DNA of 57,295 bases, filler included, from Platydemus manokwari (Eukaryota), in assembly GCA_037951405.1 (NCBI GenBank). It is 5 parts of 5 records of this genome, joined end to end, with 100 filler letters (N's around TTAATTAATTAA, not from the genome) between each part and the next. Parts side by side here need not be neighbours in the genome. Positions count along the whole stretch, not along the records: positions 1 to 9,020 come from JBBMOY011313316.1; positions 9,121 to 18,206 come from JBBMOY011301762.1; 3 more parts are not named here. One strand, given 5' to 3'. Position 1 is the first letter of the stretch. Each line of letters begins with the position of its first letter. Below, piece by piece: positions 1-12,825 of the stretch. Made by a program: the position numbers and the translations under genes. A model generated the notes under the pieces. That model was not told where the DNA came from. It worked only from the letters and a program-made list of their open reading frames with translations, and did not search any database.

Positions 1-108
1 GTTTAAATGATTTGGTAAAACAAAAACTTTAAACAACTAAAAAACATGAATAACTTTTGACTCAGCCTAATATTTGCGCGCTTCATTGCTCTTCTCATAT
101 AGATACTT

Positions 109-693
109 CTATCGCCCAACGGATGTTTTTTTTGACGCGACTAGGAGGCTCCAGTATGTATTATTAACATTGATGGCGGCAGATATCTTGTTTGAAGAGT
201 CGAGTTCTGATATATTGATACTGACATCTGTAAGGCTCAGCTTGTGAGTAATGATTGCTTCGGCAATATAAGCTTTGATATATATGGCCTCTGATAGATA
301 TGTATATTCACATACATGTTTGTCGATTTGGTCTCCGGTAAACCAAAGAGGATTGTCAGGCACTGAGGAGTCATGGACTAATTTATCGGATTTCTCCCCA
401 GTGCAATCACATCAACGTTTCATTGAGTTTTTTGGGGACCCAATATTGAGTCTGGGAATTTTGGCAGCTCTCTGTCCTGGTGATACTGTCTTCCTAGCAG
501 GAGTAGTTTTTGAGAAGGTATCATTCTGGTTACTGCCCTGATTATTTGATTGCTCAGTTAAGTCAAGACCTTCATCGATTCTTTTTCTTGACTCTGATTT
601 ACGAAATCTATTATCGTTCTCGCTCACTTGTTTTTGAAGTTCGATAATTTGTCTTTTCAGGTCTTCGTTTCCTATTCTCAAATTGTTTTTCAC
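109..693 (-). pseudogene. Decayed N-terminal region of a NeSL-like non-LTR retrotransposon: coiled-coil region plus Ulp1/SENP (C48)-like cysteine protease relic
   Basis: 109-363(-) reads WFTGDQID...AINVNNTYWSLLV, resembling the Ulp1-family WL.D..I...P.....HW.L.V pattern with the catalytic His replaced by Tyr. It is preceded by a coiled-coil ORF at 412-693(-) in another frame. NeSL-clade elements are known to carry a Ulp1-like protease upstream of RT. Confidence 0.45.
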
Positions 694-779
694 TATGAGG
701 TTTATTAGTTCCTCGTCTCCTCGGCTTTAATGCGATTAGTGTGTTCCGATCAAATTTTAATAGTTTATTTAATATTGCC

Positions 780-3700
780 TCTATAAATATAAGTGGTTTG
801 CATAAAGTGAATCTGAATATCTTAGACCCTGGTTCTGGATCCCTACCACCACCACAGAGTTAGGAAGGTTTGAAGATCCAGCAAATGATTGTAAAATTCC
901 GGATAATTTGGACCATAGGAAAAATATTAAAATTGTCGAGAACAATACTACTGATTAAAAAAGTAGGTAGTATATATAAACGAGTAAAATTTGTGGACTT
1001 AGTGAATTACTTTAAAGTTAATAATAACTTTGATTATAAAACTAAGTGGACGAATGATAGATATAGAAAAATTCAAAGTCGTCGAAACCTTGCTAGTACT
1101 GCTAGCGAGTTTTCCAATAAAAATAATGAAGTTGGATTTCAAGTTGGTTGCATAAATTAACACCGAAGATCAGATACTCCATTTCCTTGGCCGTAAATGA
1201 TAAGTCAAAGTTAAATATGACCACTGAGATTAAGAATATGTTAGTTGATGGAGCAATCATAAACTTAGGCAAAAATATCGATTTTAGTAAAAAACGAGAT
1301 AACGTCTAGGTGGATCAACTTGAGAAAAATATCCCCAAAAATGTGCAGAGTAAATTTTAATTTCTAGTTAATCTTATGAAGTATAGTGATAATAATTTGA
1401 CCAATAAATTGATGGAAAGCTTGCATAAACAACTTCCAGAAGGTAATCTAAACTTATCTGGCACTGTGATAGCTGTAAAAACCATAGACTCTGGAGCCCT
1501 GGCCGGCTCCATGAGCTCTATGGTTCAAAATTGTAGCAGAACATTTAATATTAACAACAACTATAATGGTGGGAATGGTTTGAGTGGTTTCCTCCGTCAC
1601 AGGGATAACCTTCCATGTAGTAATTAATGTTTTAGATCTAGATCTACGCGGGATGAACAAGGAATTAGAGATAGTCCCCTTATCTTGTAGTTTATGTGAA
1701 CAGGTTGAGAAAACCACTGGAGCCGGGGATCCTAGAACGAAGAGATTTAATATTAATGGTAATCCCTTATATTATATAAGGACTGACCTGGCACTTATCA
1801 TCCGAGGCAGTCAATATAATAATGAGACCAATCCAGGCACTAATCCCCCTCCTGGTACTCAAGACTTTGCTTTTTTCGATAAACGTGTATATAGGGCAGT
1901 GGTAGATAGCTTAGATGATTTTTATTATTTTGACTTTGATATTGATAAATGCTATAAATTATGTGGTAACTGCAATCGGTTGATTGGTCTAATGCTTATT
2001 AATTATTCATTTATTTTCTCTAACTCTAATAAATCTGATATAATTAAATTCATTAATTTTGTCTGCCTTAATCACTGTAGTTCTAGTAAATGTTTCTATA
2101 ATCGTTAGCAATGATAATCATAATATTAATAACCCTAATATGCTTACTAATATTATATTTGATTCCATTATATTTGATTCTGGCAACTCTGTCCGTGTGG
2201 TTATTTTATTGATATTTTAGAGACCTCAAGCCGATTATTATTATCATGCATATATGAGCGTATTAATCATAAGTTGTCTGATCTATGTTCCCATGGTCAT
2301 AATCACTCAACTCCTATTATAAATGCAAATATTACCTGTAATTATAATAAATCGTGTATTAATAAGAATGTTTGGGTTTAGAATGTTTGCGGTTTGAACA
2401 ATAATTTTAGAAATTTCGTGGATGTCCCACCCCCCAAGAAAGTGCTAGAGAGGGAGAAGCGGGTGGAGAAGAATAAAAATTTGATAAATAAAAGTGTTCA
2501 GACTGACATTTTTAAATATCCCGTCACCAGTGCACTAAAATCTGATCGACCGATAGAGATTAAAGGGGACTCAAAATCGTCATTTAATAGAAACAGATCT
2601 GTAAAACCCGGCGACCGCATTCATTTGAATATTAATGATTGTAACAGTAGAAATTTTATTAGTGAAAATTCCGGTCATCGCTCCAAAACAACTGCGCCTA
2701 TTGATTCTGAGTTAAGTATTGATTTGGGTATAGAACCGGTTACCAGAGTTAATTCCGCAAACATACATGCTAAGCATTCAGCAATTAAATATGATGTCCA
2801 ATTAAGAACCGCTAGTGTCATGTCTGATCCGAATCGTGCCAGGGAGGAGGGGAGTCTTGTGGCAAGCCATGATGGTAGTCACCTAATAGATGAACTAATT
2901 CTAGAGTACGGGCAAGGGACTTAGGGGAACTATTCAAGCTCCATTGGAGAAGTTGAGCGATCTAATAAAGATATTAAAAAAGTACTAGTGGTTCCGTGCC
3001 TGATCGATCCGTAATTAACTTCGAGCAAATTACAAATAACAATAGTCAGAATGGTAACCGAGTTTACCTTAGTAACCTTCTTATGCTTTATGATAGGTGG
3101 AGTTGCTACTGTGGCATTTGTAAGGCTAGTGTGGAGAGGTTGTACTTGTTGGTGGTGATTGTATAGGAAAAGCTTTTAAGAGTAGGAATAAGTTAAGATT
3201 GATGGTTTCTTACCTCAATTGTAGGTGAGTTGAATTGCAGCGGAATCTTTGGCCCACATTCTCAACCATTGCATTGGTAACCCTTATGGGGCGCCCTCTA
3301 AGCATAATGCAGTACTTGAAATTTAAGCTAAAAGGCTTATTCCTTTAGGATATGATGTAGACGTCGACTGCTTGCCAACTGAGGTGAAGACTTCTTTACA
3401 TCTTGGCTTAATAATCCAAAATTTTGGTAGTAAAAACATGACAAAACATACATTCCTCGTAGATCTTAAGATTCCACTTGATAAGGAAGAAAACTTTAGA
3501 AATAACTTGGAGTGAAACTACCGAAAGTATGAAGACCTGGTAGTTCAAATAGTTAGGCAATCCAGAACTTCAGTGAGTGTGCATGTGTTAAACGTAGGTT
3601 ATTTAGGATCGTGGGATCCACATAATGATGGAGTCTTGAGAAGAATAGGGTTAGATAATAAGAGTTCCAATGAGTTTGCTTCACTTCTAGTTTCTACTTC

Positions 3701-3794
3701 TATTATAGAATCATATATGTTATATAGATCTCTCATAGCGAAGGAAGCTAGGCCTTCAATTAACAGCCCCGCCAATATATCTAACACACAATAA
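780..3794 (+). mobile_element. Decayed RLE-type (NeSL/R5-like) non-LTR retrotransposon derivative: long interrupted 5' ORF(s), RT essentially deleted, C-terminal zinc knuckle plus restriction-like endonuclease
   Basis: From ~3220 the sequence reads CR*/frameshift...AESLAHILNHC (CCHC knuckle), SKHNAVL (RHN motif), a degenerate PD motif (LHLGLII), VDLKIPLD, KYEDL and VGYLGSWDP, ending at the stop at 3792-3794. Upstream ORF fragments (870-2924) are colinear on the same strand and broken by stops and frameshifts. The 5' boundary is approximate. Confidence 0.7.
1653..2108 (+). pseudogene. Cys-rich ORF inside the RLE element (CxxC...CxxC, possible zinc-binding domain)
   Basis: ATG at 1653; SCSLCEQ ... 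CYKLCGNCNRLIGL. Further Cys/His-rich sequence continues out of frame to ~2380 (LCPCGY...CSHGHNH...C...C). Confidence 0.4.
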
Positions 3795-4599
3795 CAGAAA
3801 AATTACGGCTTGTACACACGTAAAAGGAATACCAGTATAGGTATTTCTATTATTAGTGTTATTGTTTGTTTTTTTTTAAGATGTATATGAGAGACAGTAC
3901 CGTCTTCTCCACCTTTCTATTCATTTTATTGAGTGGTAGTGAGCATCTATCTTGATTGCTGAGATCATCTTGTTATGGAGAAAGCCATGTATAAATCGAT
4001 TATTATTATTGAATAATTATTACCTTGCAGTTTCATTTTAGATCAGAAAAAAAAATCGCCAATGAGATGGGTTTTATTATTGTTACATTACTATATTGTT
4101 TTTTAGATTTAAGCCTGGTAATTGATGAAAAACGCGTTGATTGATGAACGAGACGATTGAATTAAAGAAAAGCATACAGTGAACATTTTCATGCCTGTGA
4201 AAACCTGAATTTCGCACTTTGATGTTCAATAAAGAAATTTTTATGTTTTGAAATAAATCTTTACATCTTTTATTTATACTAGCCAGACTCGTAGCTGCCA
4301 CCTTAATTTATGCATTCTGTGAATGCAATTTTTTTTGCTTTTTCGTTCTATGTACTTTTAATTAATTACCCTTTTTTTATCTATTTTATTTATTAAATTA
4401 TTCTTTGTCAGTGCGGTTTTCTCTCCCCATTCTCTTTTATCTTACATAAATAATAATAATAATTTCCTTTTCATTAGAAATGAAATTATAAATAACTATT
4501 AAATATTAATAATCTAATAGTTATAATAATCAGATAATTAATAATAATTTTAAATATTCAATCTTAACATCAATAAAAATTAAAATTAAAATAAATATT

Positions 4600-7241
4600 A
4601 CAAGTTCATTGTAAATGTTTATATTGATTATTGATTGGGATTGAGTTGGTTGAATTCCGTTTCTGATCATCACCATCAGGATAGTTGTTAGCACTTCTAT
4701 TGTTAATGTTTCTGTTGTGTAGTATGAAATAAATATTATATGGTATTAATTGTAGTTCAATTACGTTGTATGATATACTGTGTGTGTGTAAAATATACTT
4801 ATGTGATGTGTTGTGCTACATGGTGATCCCAACAACTATATTTTCAATTAAATAAAAAAACAAAATAAAAATAATGAACGAGTAAAACGAAATTATTGAA
4901 TGATAAAGAGGACTAATACAATGAAAGATTGGCATTTGCCAATAATAAATAAAATCAATTTAATTTACAAATTTGGGGAATAGAAATTCAAATCAAATAA
5001 ATTTGGTATTTATGGTATTGAGCAATAAATATTCATTTAAAAGTATTGTTTACATTATTGATTTTTTCTATTGATTTGTTGGGATTCTCACAATTTTAAT
5101 TACTTTAACAATATCTGTTCTGATAGACAATATTGATGTATAGTATCATCACAGTGTCATATTAGAACCGATTAATTTAATAATTCTATATTGATTAATG
5201 AGACAGAAATATCAAAGAACTTTAGGACCACATCACCAATCATAGTAAAAAACATTACAACATCAAAAGCATTGAAAATACACCATCAGTTATAATAAAG
5301 GAAATCACAAAATCAGCGTGTGATATAAGGAAGGAGTTCATTTTGCTATACTTCATAACAATTGAAAACAATATGGCCACAATAAATTATCAAAAACAAT
5401 GTGATTGGAAAAAATTAAGAGATTTAAAGGATGTAAGTGTATAGAATGAAGAAAATAGGATAGAATTTGTGATGAAGTGTCAAGGATACGGTGCAAAATG
5501 TAAAAAGAAAAAGCTAGAAGAGATAACGATAATAGGGAAATCAGAAGAACTAATAGATAGTGGATGGACAGTTAATTCTTTAATAATAATACAGTTATCG
5601 AACAGCAGACAAAAGACAATTGAAGTTATTGGTTACGCGAAAACAATGATAAAAGATCGGAAACCGAGTCGAAATGAATGGAAACTTAGAGCGCCAAAAG
5701 CAAAAAAGGAAATAATAGGAATTTCATGGAAATCTTACACTAATAAAATAACATACCATTTAATAACATTAATGGGGGCAGTAGCAAAAATAGGAATAAA
5801 TAAAGAAAGAGAAATCAAGTTAAATAACACCATACTATCTAAAACAATCATATTACCAGTATTAGTAATCCATAATATATCATTCACACAATGTTATGCT
5901 GATCCATACACATAAAAAAAAAGCTTTAAGTTTTGTACAACTAATAAAGATAAATCGTCAATCAACATTCTTGAATGGAAAATAACGAAAATAATCAATG
6001 ATGAAAACGAAATAGGAAATAGGAAATGGAAAGAGATAATTTACTACAAACAAAAAGTGAATTAATTGGAATAAAAAGAATGAAAACAGCAAACATCTTA
6101 GAATAAGAAAGAAAGCAAATCAATGGAAAAATGAGCTAGAATTAACAAAAAGAGAAAGAGACAAAAACTTAAAAAATAAGATTAAGAAATTGCTAAAGGA
6201 TGTGAACAGCATATTATGAACCTAAAATCAACATTAATTACTATAGCTATAACACTCGTAGCTGAAGTAGCGGCTTTAATAATAATATATGCCAAAAGAA
6301 AATGAAATAATAGTTAACCACAATCCATGATACTAAGAAGAATACCAAGAATGGCAACTTTGGTAACAAAAATGATAGTTTTGCCTTGTGTTCGGATGTG
6401 TGAAGAGCTCAATAATGATGTTTACACATAACGATATAAGAAAAGAAGAATTTAAAATCTACACTACATACGGAAAAGTAATTATATTGAATAATATATA
6501 CAAACATGATAAAACAAAAGAATTTACTGCCCAATTAAGGAAAGAGCTAAAAGTTAAAGAGGAAACAAAGTGACAAAGATCAGATGATCGAATACTTGAA
6601 AATAGCTTTGGAGCAGTGAATTTGTATGATTTAAATTGTGGAATCCTTTATCAAATAGAGATAAGAAAAGGAAATAACATTGATAGCCCAAACCCCCGAA
6701 ATATCCCGAAAAATATTTATAGAAAAACTACTGGACCAAATAAAGATCATTTGGGAAGAAATTATAACCCAAAAATTATAATCGATAAGGAACAAATAGT
6801 TTGGAAACCATTGTAAATAAAGAAATAACAAACAAACTCGTCATCAGAATAAGAAAAAGAACCATAAGAACAACAAGAGATTCGGAAATAACCCCATTAA
6901 GCAGAAAAATTAGTAGTATTGATAGGAACAATCATCTCTATTTTGATCACCATAATTGTGATAATCATAGTCTATAGCTTATATAGAAAATACTTTAAGG
7001 GTAAAACCCATGTATGGGCGGTTAGCCTGGAGAAATTAATAAAAAGAATCAATCTGTTCATAAAAAGTAGTTATTATAAATTTTTGTCATTTTCTAAGGT
7101 TAAATAAAATCAATTTCTGTAAATATCAATTGGAATCTAAAATCAATTAGTATATAAAAAATTGTTTTTGGAAATTTTTTAATTATTCAAAGTTAATAAA
7201 TAAAATCAATTGTTGTAAATATCAGTTGGAATGTAAAAATC
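4600..7241 (+). mobile_element. Decayed LTR retroelement: LTR 3' end, PBS and A-rich internal region with two membrane-protein (env-like) ORF relics; no gag/pol seen
   Basis: ...GCTACA at 4820 is followed directly by TGGTGATCCCAAC (4821-4833), close to a tRNA-Trp-type PBS (TGGTGACCCCGAC). There is strong A-strand bias over 5180-7100. Interrupted ORFs end in hydrophobic helices TLITIAITLVAEVAALIIIYAKRK* (stop 6303-6305) and VVLIGTIISILITIIVIIIVYSLYRK. Boundaries are approximate. Confidence 0.5.
7102..7241 (+). repeat. Two imperfect ~43-bp direct repeats (7102-7144, 7198-7241)
   Basis: AAATAAAATCAATTTCTGTAAATATCAATTGGAATCTAAAATC vs AAATAAAATCAATTGTTGTAAATATCAGTTGGAATGTAAAAATC. Confidence 0.75.
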
Positions 7242-9020
7242 TTGTGTAAAAAATAATATTTAATAAGGTTAATTTATGTAAATATCGAAGTAATCTTCTT
7301 ATTTTTGTGCATATAAAATTTGACTTTTGTCAATACAAAACAAGTCATAGAATGATGATTGGTGTAATTCTTGAAAATAAATTATTATTTTGTATAATTG
7401 AAAAATGCCTAGTGAATAAAATAATGGAATAAAAAGAATTATCTAATGGAAAAATTACCCCAAAATTTCTAACCAATAAAATTAAAATCCATCGAAAATT
7501 AGCCGATAGGTTAAAAACACCTAAAATATATAAAAGCAGCGACCAACCCCTTAAAACTCATAATTACTTGAGAAAAGTTCGAATTTTAAACCAAATGCTA
7601 CAAGTAAATATATTAAATATGGGATATATATTGCGTTATCTTATATCCATAATTATTAAATATTTAAAACATTATTTTTAACTTGGTATCTGTTAAATGG
7701 CAAATATAAAAGGGAATTAAATGAAAATCTGAAGAGAATTTTGCGGAAATGTATCGAAATAAAATGTATTGAGGGATAATATTTGGGTGCCCACAAAGGG
7801 TATAAATAGAGTTTTATAACCATAGCGCAACACGAATACTACAGGACCACATTTATTACTTCTACGAATTCGTAAAGCAGCTCAGATAAGGAAGCCACTG
7901 GAATCTATCGAATTCGAATTCGCCGTTGGATCAACAGATACAGTTTGCCGAACCAAAGCTTCATTGGCACTGACTCGATTTCTTCTGCGGAGAAATATAT
8001 TTTCAAATCAACTTGAGTCCGATTGTTTGTAACCCGCTGATCTATACAATAGTTTGTATCGTCATGCTATTTTATTATTGAGCTTTGTCTAGAAAACCCC
8101 TCTTGAAGGTACAGATTTTGCTTCTCGAGTTAGAGTAAGTTAATCGTATTCTTATATTCAGAGGTTGTCGGGAAAAGGCTTTTAAGCCTTATTGTATTTC
8201 AGTGTATATTGTGGTCATAAAATCAATTGTAATTTTAGTTTCATTTGTATCGGTGTTTTAACAATAACCCTTACTGTTATCGATTAAGAGTTTTGTCATA
8301 TAGGTTAAATAGGCTATAGGAATAAAAATATATAAAACTGAGACTGATAATATCAAAATCACAAAGATCATTGCTGCCGATCATACTATCTTCATATTGT
8401 ATTGATCGTGAGGTGAAAATAGAAAGTAAAGGTTTAATAGATTGTACTTTGAGCTTCATTAGAACTCATTGAGACTGATCAAGACAACAATGATCTTCCA
8501 AGAAATAATATTTGAAATTGATAAGAATAAGGTTTAAAAATCAACAAGCCCGAAACACGTCAGATTGACAATTTTATGAAAGAAATATAAATCGATACAA
8601 CTGTACTTAGTTCTGGGCAAACTGCAGACTAAGTATTGAAGAAATGACATAATTTGAGGGTTATGAAATGATAGTATTACAACTACTATTAATAGTTGTA
8701 AAAATTGTTATTGTGATTTCAAGTTCGATTGGTAAGTTGATATTAAAGGGAGCCATATATCAATATTTAAAATTATTCCGATCAAATTTATATAAATTTT
8801 CCTTGCAGCACTTACCCAAACATTTTGAATTTTTCCTCTATGTATTAAGTGGTTTAGTTTTGGTTTGAATTTCAGAAAGTTTTTAAGCTAGTAGTGGCAT
8901 TCAAATGAAGTCATGAAGCACTTTTTAAACTGTAATTCATTTTTTATTTAATATCGATGCTATTTCATTTATCTCCAATGCACCACACATATCTTTCGTT
9001 ATCAATTTATCAACAAGGAA

Positions 9021-9120
9021 NNNNNNNNNNNNNNNNNNNNNNNNNNNNNNNNNNNNNNNNNNNNTTAATTAATTAANNNNNNNNNNNNNNNNNNNNNNNN
9101 NNNNNNNNNNNNNNNNNNNN
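9021..9120. other. Artificial assembly spacer
   Basis: N44-TTAATTAATTAA-N44; the core gives stops in all six frames and is identical at four places. Confidence 0.97.
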
Positions 9121-10998
9121 AAAATATAACACAAATTTCCTTAAATAAAATAAGAAATTTTTCCATAAAATACAAAAACAATTCTCTTATATAAAAAGCA
9201 CCATTAAAAATATCCAGAAGTAAACATCTGTTTTAACACATCTAAATTAAGATTGTTTAATCGACCTCAAGATCATAAAGAAATTTCAAAAAAATACAAA
9301 AATAACAGTCACGTCATGTCCAAATATAGAATAGACACAAATATTACTATAAACAACCACCAATGATACTAAGCATAGAATGTTATTCAAAATAGGGACG
9401 AGGCGCTCACAGGCACACGTGAAAATAGTATATAAAGAAGTATAATTAGTCATTGCACGAACATTTTTTTTTATTTCCGACATTTTTGAGTTACAAATTA
9501 TGTTGCATATCTACTCAATGACCAATTCTCTGTTTGTACGAGAAGCAATTTAATTATTTTCAAATTTCTATTATGATGAGTGTTCCAATTTATTGTCAAG
9601 TGAACCCATTTGATATTTAATCTATATAACACTTATTAAACTTTTATTTTTAATTTAATTAAACACAAAGCCGCGGATATTTATTTATTTTAAAATCCCA
9701 TAAGCGTCTCAATCTTTGGTTCCCAATTTTCAAGTTTTGTTGAGAGACTTGTCCTGCTTGTCTCACCGGGTTCTGCACTTGTAAATTACAATGGAATCAT
9801 TTTAGTTAACTGAATAAATATATGTTCTTGACTTTTTGCTACTCTATTGAATCTAATATAAATATTTTAAATATTATTTTGATTGCTACCTAGGATTAAA
9901 CTGCAGTAACGACCTTATTTGTCGAAGTCCACTTAAGTTAAAGATTCTAAAAAATCCTTCTGATAACAAAATTTATCACAATTTAACAATATACCTAATA
10001 AATGGCAGTTCCTTTCCAATTGTTATAACAAGTCCATTATTAAAATAATCTCATTATTAAAAAACGTCTATGATTATATTACGACAATTTTGGAACAAAC
10101 GAGATAGCACATTATTGAATAATCAGCTCAGAAGTATTTTTAAATTATCAACTACAGAAAATTATGTATGTAGTAATCCAATTGTGAGGAACTAATTCTA
10201 GTAAAAGAAAAATCAATTGGTTGAAAGGAAATTAACATATATAAACAAAGGTAATTTATTGACAAAATAGCAAATAGTCATAAATATTGATTTACTCATT
10301 CAAATAAGTTTGAAAGGATTTAATAATGCATTTAAACTAAACATTTCTTCATAAAACATTGAAATTTTTTAGATTTGCAGACAATTGACGTTTTGTTTAT
10401 ATTTCCAATTTCCATATCGTCTTTATTGGTTAAATATTATTTTCTATTGGCCAAGGCTCTCGTTTCATCCCTATATAGATATCGATGAGTCACTCGTAGG
10501 AATTATCTACCATTATCATCTACTGTTGGATTGTTGTTTTGTGCTAGAATTTATTATTAAAGACGAATTCACCACGCTAAAATTAAATAGTCTGAATCTT
10601 TTATTTCCATTTACTATTTATTGTGTAATATATGATCAAATATTTCCCGGTACTATTATGCGGCAATATGTTGCGGTTTATTGGTTAAAATTATTTTAAG
10701 GATAAATTTACTATAGGGGAAATACAATTAGATAATATTATTTTGATTGTTAAATATTTATGTTTGATAATAGGTGATGATTCTAATAAATATTATAAAT
10801 ATCCAATATTGTATTGAATAAAAGATTATTTTAATAAACTGACTTTACCAAAACTTTCCCGGAATCGATATTGTTGTCACGTTATAACAAAAAATAACGA
10901 TCAAATTCAGGATAAGAAGAGTATAATAAATAGTTGCTACATATAAACATTAGTTTTACATACAAATTAATAAAAAAAAGTTGTTATATGCACATTTT

Positions 10999-11543
10999 TG
11001 TCACATGGTAATGTGTTGGGTAGATCATAAATCAATCAAAAGGTTCACAAGAACAAAGTAAATAACCATAAAAAGGATCGATACACACAACCTGATAAGT
11101 ACATGTGGTGTCAACCAATCAGATTCGTTCTAATATTAACCCATGTTTAGAAGCTAAGAATCGACAGGTACGTACCTACAAATGGCAGTAAGCTCAAACA
11201 TCCACCAATGGCACGAGAGATGCGAGGAAAATTTCAAGTAGACCGATCCAAGACCAGATTCAGCAAATGGAAAATGAAGATCCGTAACATTAGGCAAACA
11301 CACCTGATATGTCTTTAAAGGAGGTTGAGTTTTTGGTCGCTAACTCGAGTGTTTTGTGTGATTTGTAGTAATCAGTCTTTTCGATTACTTTTTATTCTGT
11401 TTTTGACTTTCTGTTGCTGATCCCGTTTTGTGTAATTTACCATTGTGAGTTGCAAAAGATTTACTTGTAGTTAATGAAATTTCGATTGTGTTATTTTGGG
11501 TAATACAGTTTTCAGATCTAAATTGTTTATTAATACCACAACA
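10999..11543 (+). repeat. Solo-LTR-like repeat
   Basis: Starts TGTCAC, ends ...CAACA, and has a higher-GC interior and T-rich 3' part. It shares CTGTT(T/C)TTGACTTTC...TGCTG.TC...TTGT (11397-11432) with the reverse complement of 26385-26420. No TSD was found. Confidence 0.4.
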
Positions 11544-12345
11544 AATGTCAAAACATCAATAATGTTATCAAAGACGACTTAAGAGAATTTTCATTATCAT
11601 GTTCAAAAAAGTTATTAACATTTTTTTTATATTTTCATATTTGAAATTTTATCTATATTTATAATAAATCATCACTTTGAAATAATGATTTGTGATTGAA
11701 AATTGAATTTTTTTCGTGCTATTTATCCTTATATTGTGATAATTTGGTGGTCTAAACTATCTCGAGGTTAGCAAGTGAAGCTTCAGGATTGTTTTAATTA
11801 TTTAAATTTACTAATTTGGCATTGGCACACTTACAAAACTAAGCAATTATCAATTAAAATTAAAATTCTCAAAGCAATAATTCCTTGTTAATTTAAAGTT
11901 TATCAATTTGTTAGCAAAATTTCCAAAAACAATATGCAATGATGGTCAACAATCACAGTTGAAATTATAAATAATCCAAATATTATTATGTGAATTTTCG
12001 CACTTTAAATCACACTCAAAATAGTAAAGTCGATTAACAATTCACAATGTTATCAGCATCCAAAATATAAAACAGTAACAAAAATAACAGCCACAAAAGA
12101 TTGGTCATCAGAATGATCTCATAAATGAATAAAGCTCAAATTATTTAATCATAATAACCTAATCACCGGTAACTTAGTTGGACATTTATTTATTTGTTTA
12201 TTATTTGCTATTCAATTTAATTTACAAACATTAATAATAAAACAAAATTGAATGAAGTTTGAAAAATAAAATTAATAATTAATTCAAATTAAACATTTGT
12301 AAATTAATTGATTTCCAATTCATCAATATTTATTGTTAAATTTAA

Positions 12346-12825
12346 ATGGCAGAAAATGTAAAAGTCATTTGTAGAGTGAGGCCATTAAATTCTATTGAAA
12401 TCGGTAAAAAAAGCACAAGCATTGTTTCTTATCCAGGTTCAAATGCAATCGCAATTGGAGTAATCAAAGATTATATATATGGCAAATAATTTATGAAAAA
12501 TAATAGGGCAAAACATACGCGTTTGATGGTGTTTTGAATTCCAATTCAACCCAAGAAGACGTTTATGCGATTTGTGGATCACGTGTAGTGGACAATGCTA
12601 TAAGTGGTTATAACGGAACTGTATTTGCTTATGGTCAAACGTCGAGTGGAAAAACTCACTCAATGATGGTTATTATAATTTGCATAAATATATTAGTAGG
12701 TATTTAATATTTATATGTAGGGAAAAACTAATGATCCAAAATTGAGAGGTCTTGCACCAAGAATAATTTATGCAACATTTGATCAAATAAGAAAATTGAC
12801 CGTCAATTTATCATTTCTAATAAAG
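12346..12825 (+). CDS. KIF5: Kinesin-1 heavy chain-like motor domain, exons 1-3 (12346-12459, 12507-12668, 12721-12825); remainder not in this contig
   Basis: Spliced translation: [38 protein letters not shown]|[54 protein letters not shown]|[35 protein letters not shown]|. The P-loop GQTSSGKT is typical of kinesin-1. Introns are GT-AG, 47 and 52 nt, all phase 0. Confidence 0.9.

Noticed and set aside
3050-3158. Apparent C-terminal transmembrane helix FTLVTFLCFMIGGVATVAFVRLVW in the first element
   Set aside because: It lies past in-frame stops, overlaps the frame leading into the zinc knuckle, and may be a scrap of RT motif 5; not supportable as a real TM.
7700-8280. LTR-like segment with TATAAATAG as the 3' LTR of the env-like element
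   Set aside because: Its end does not match the LTR end at 4600-4820, so it cannot be paired; family unknown.
9065-9076. TTAATTAATTAA palindrome repeated four times (possible piggyBac TTAA site or regulatory motif)
   Set aside because: Always centred in 88 Ns; a synthetic linker.
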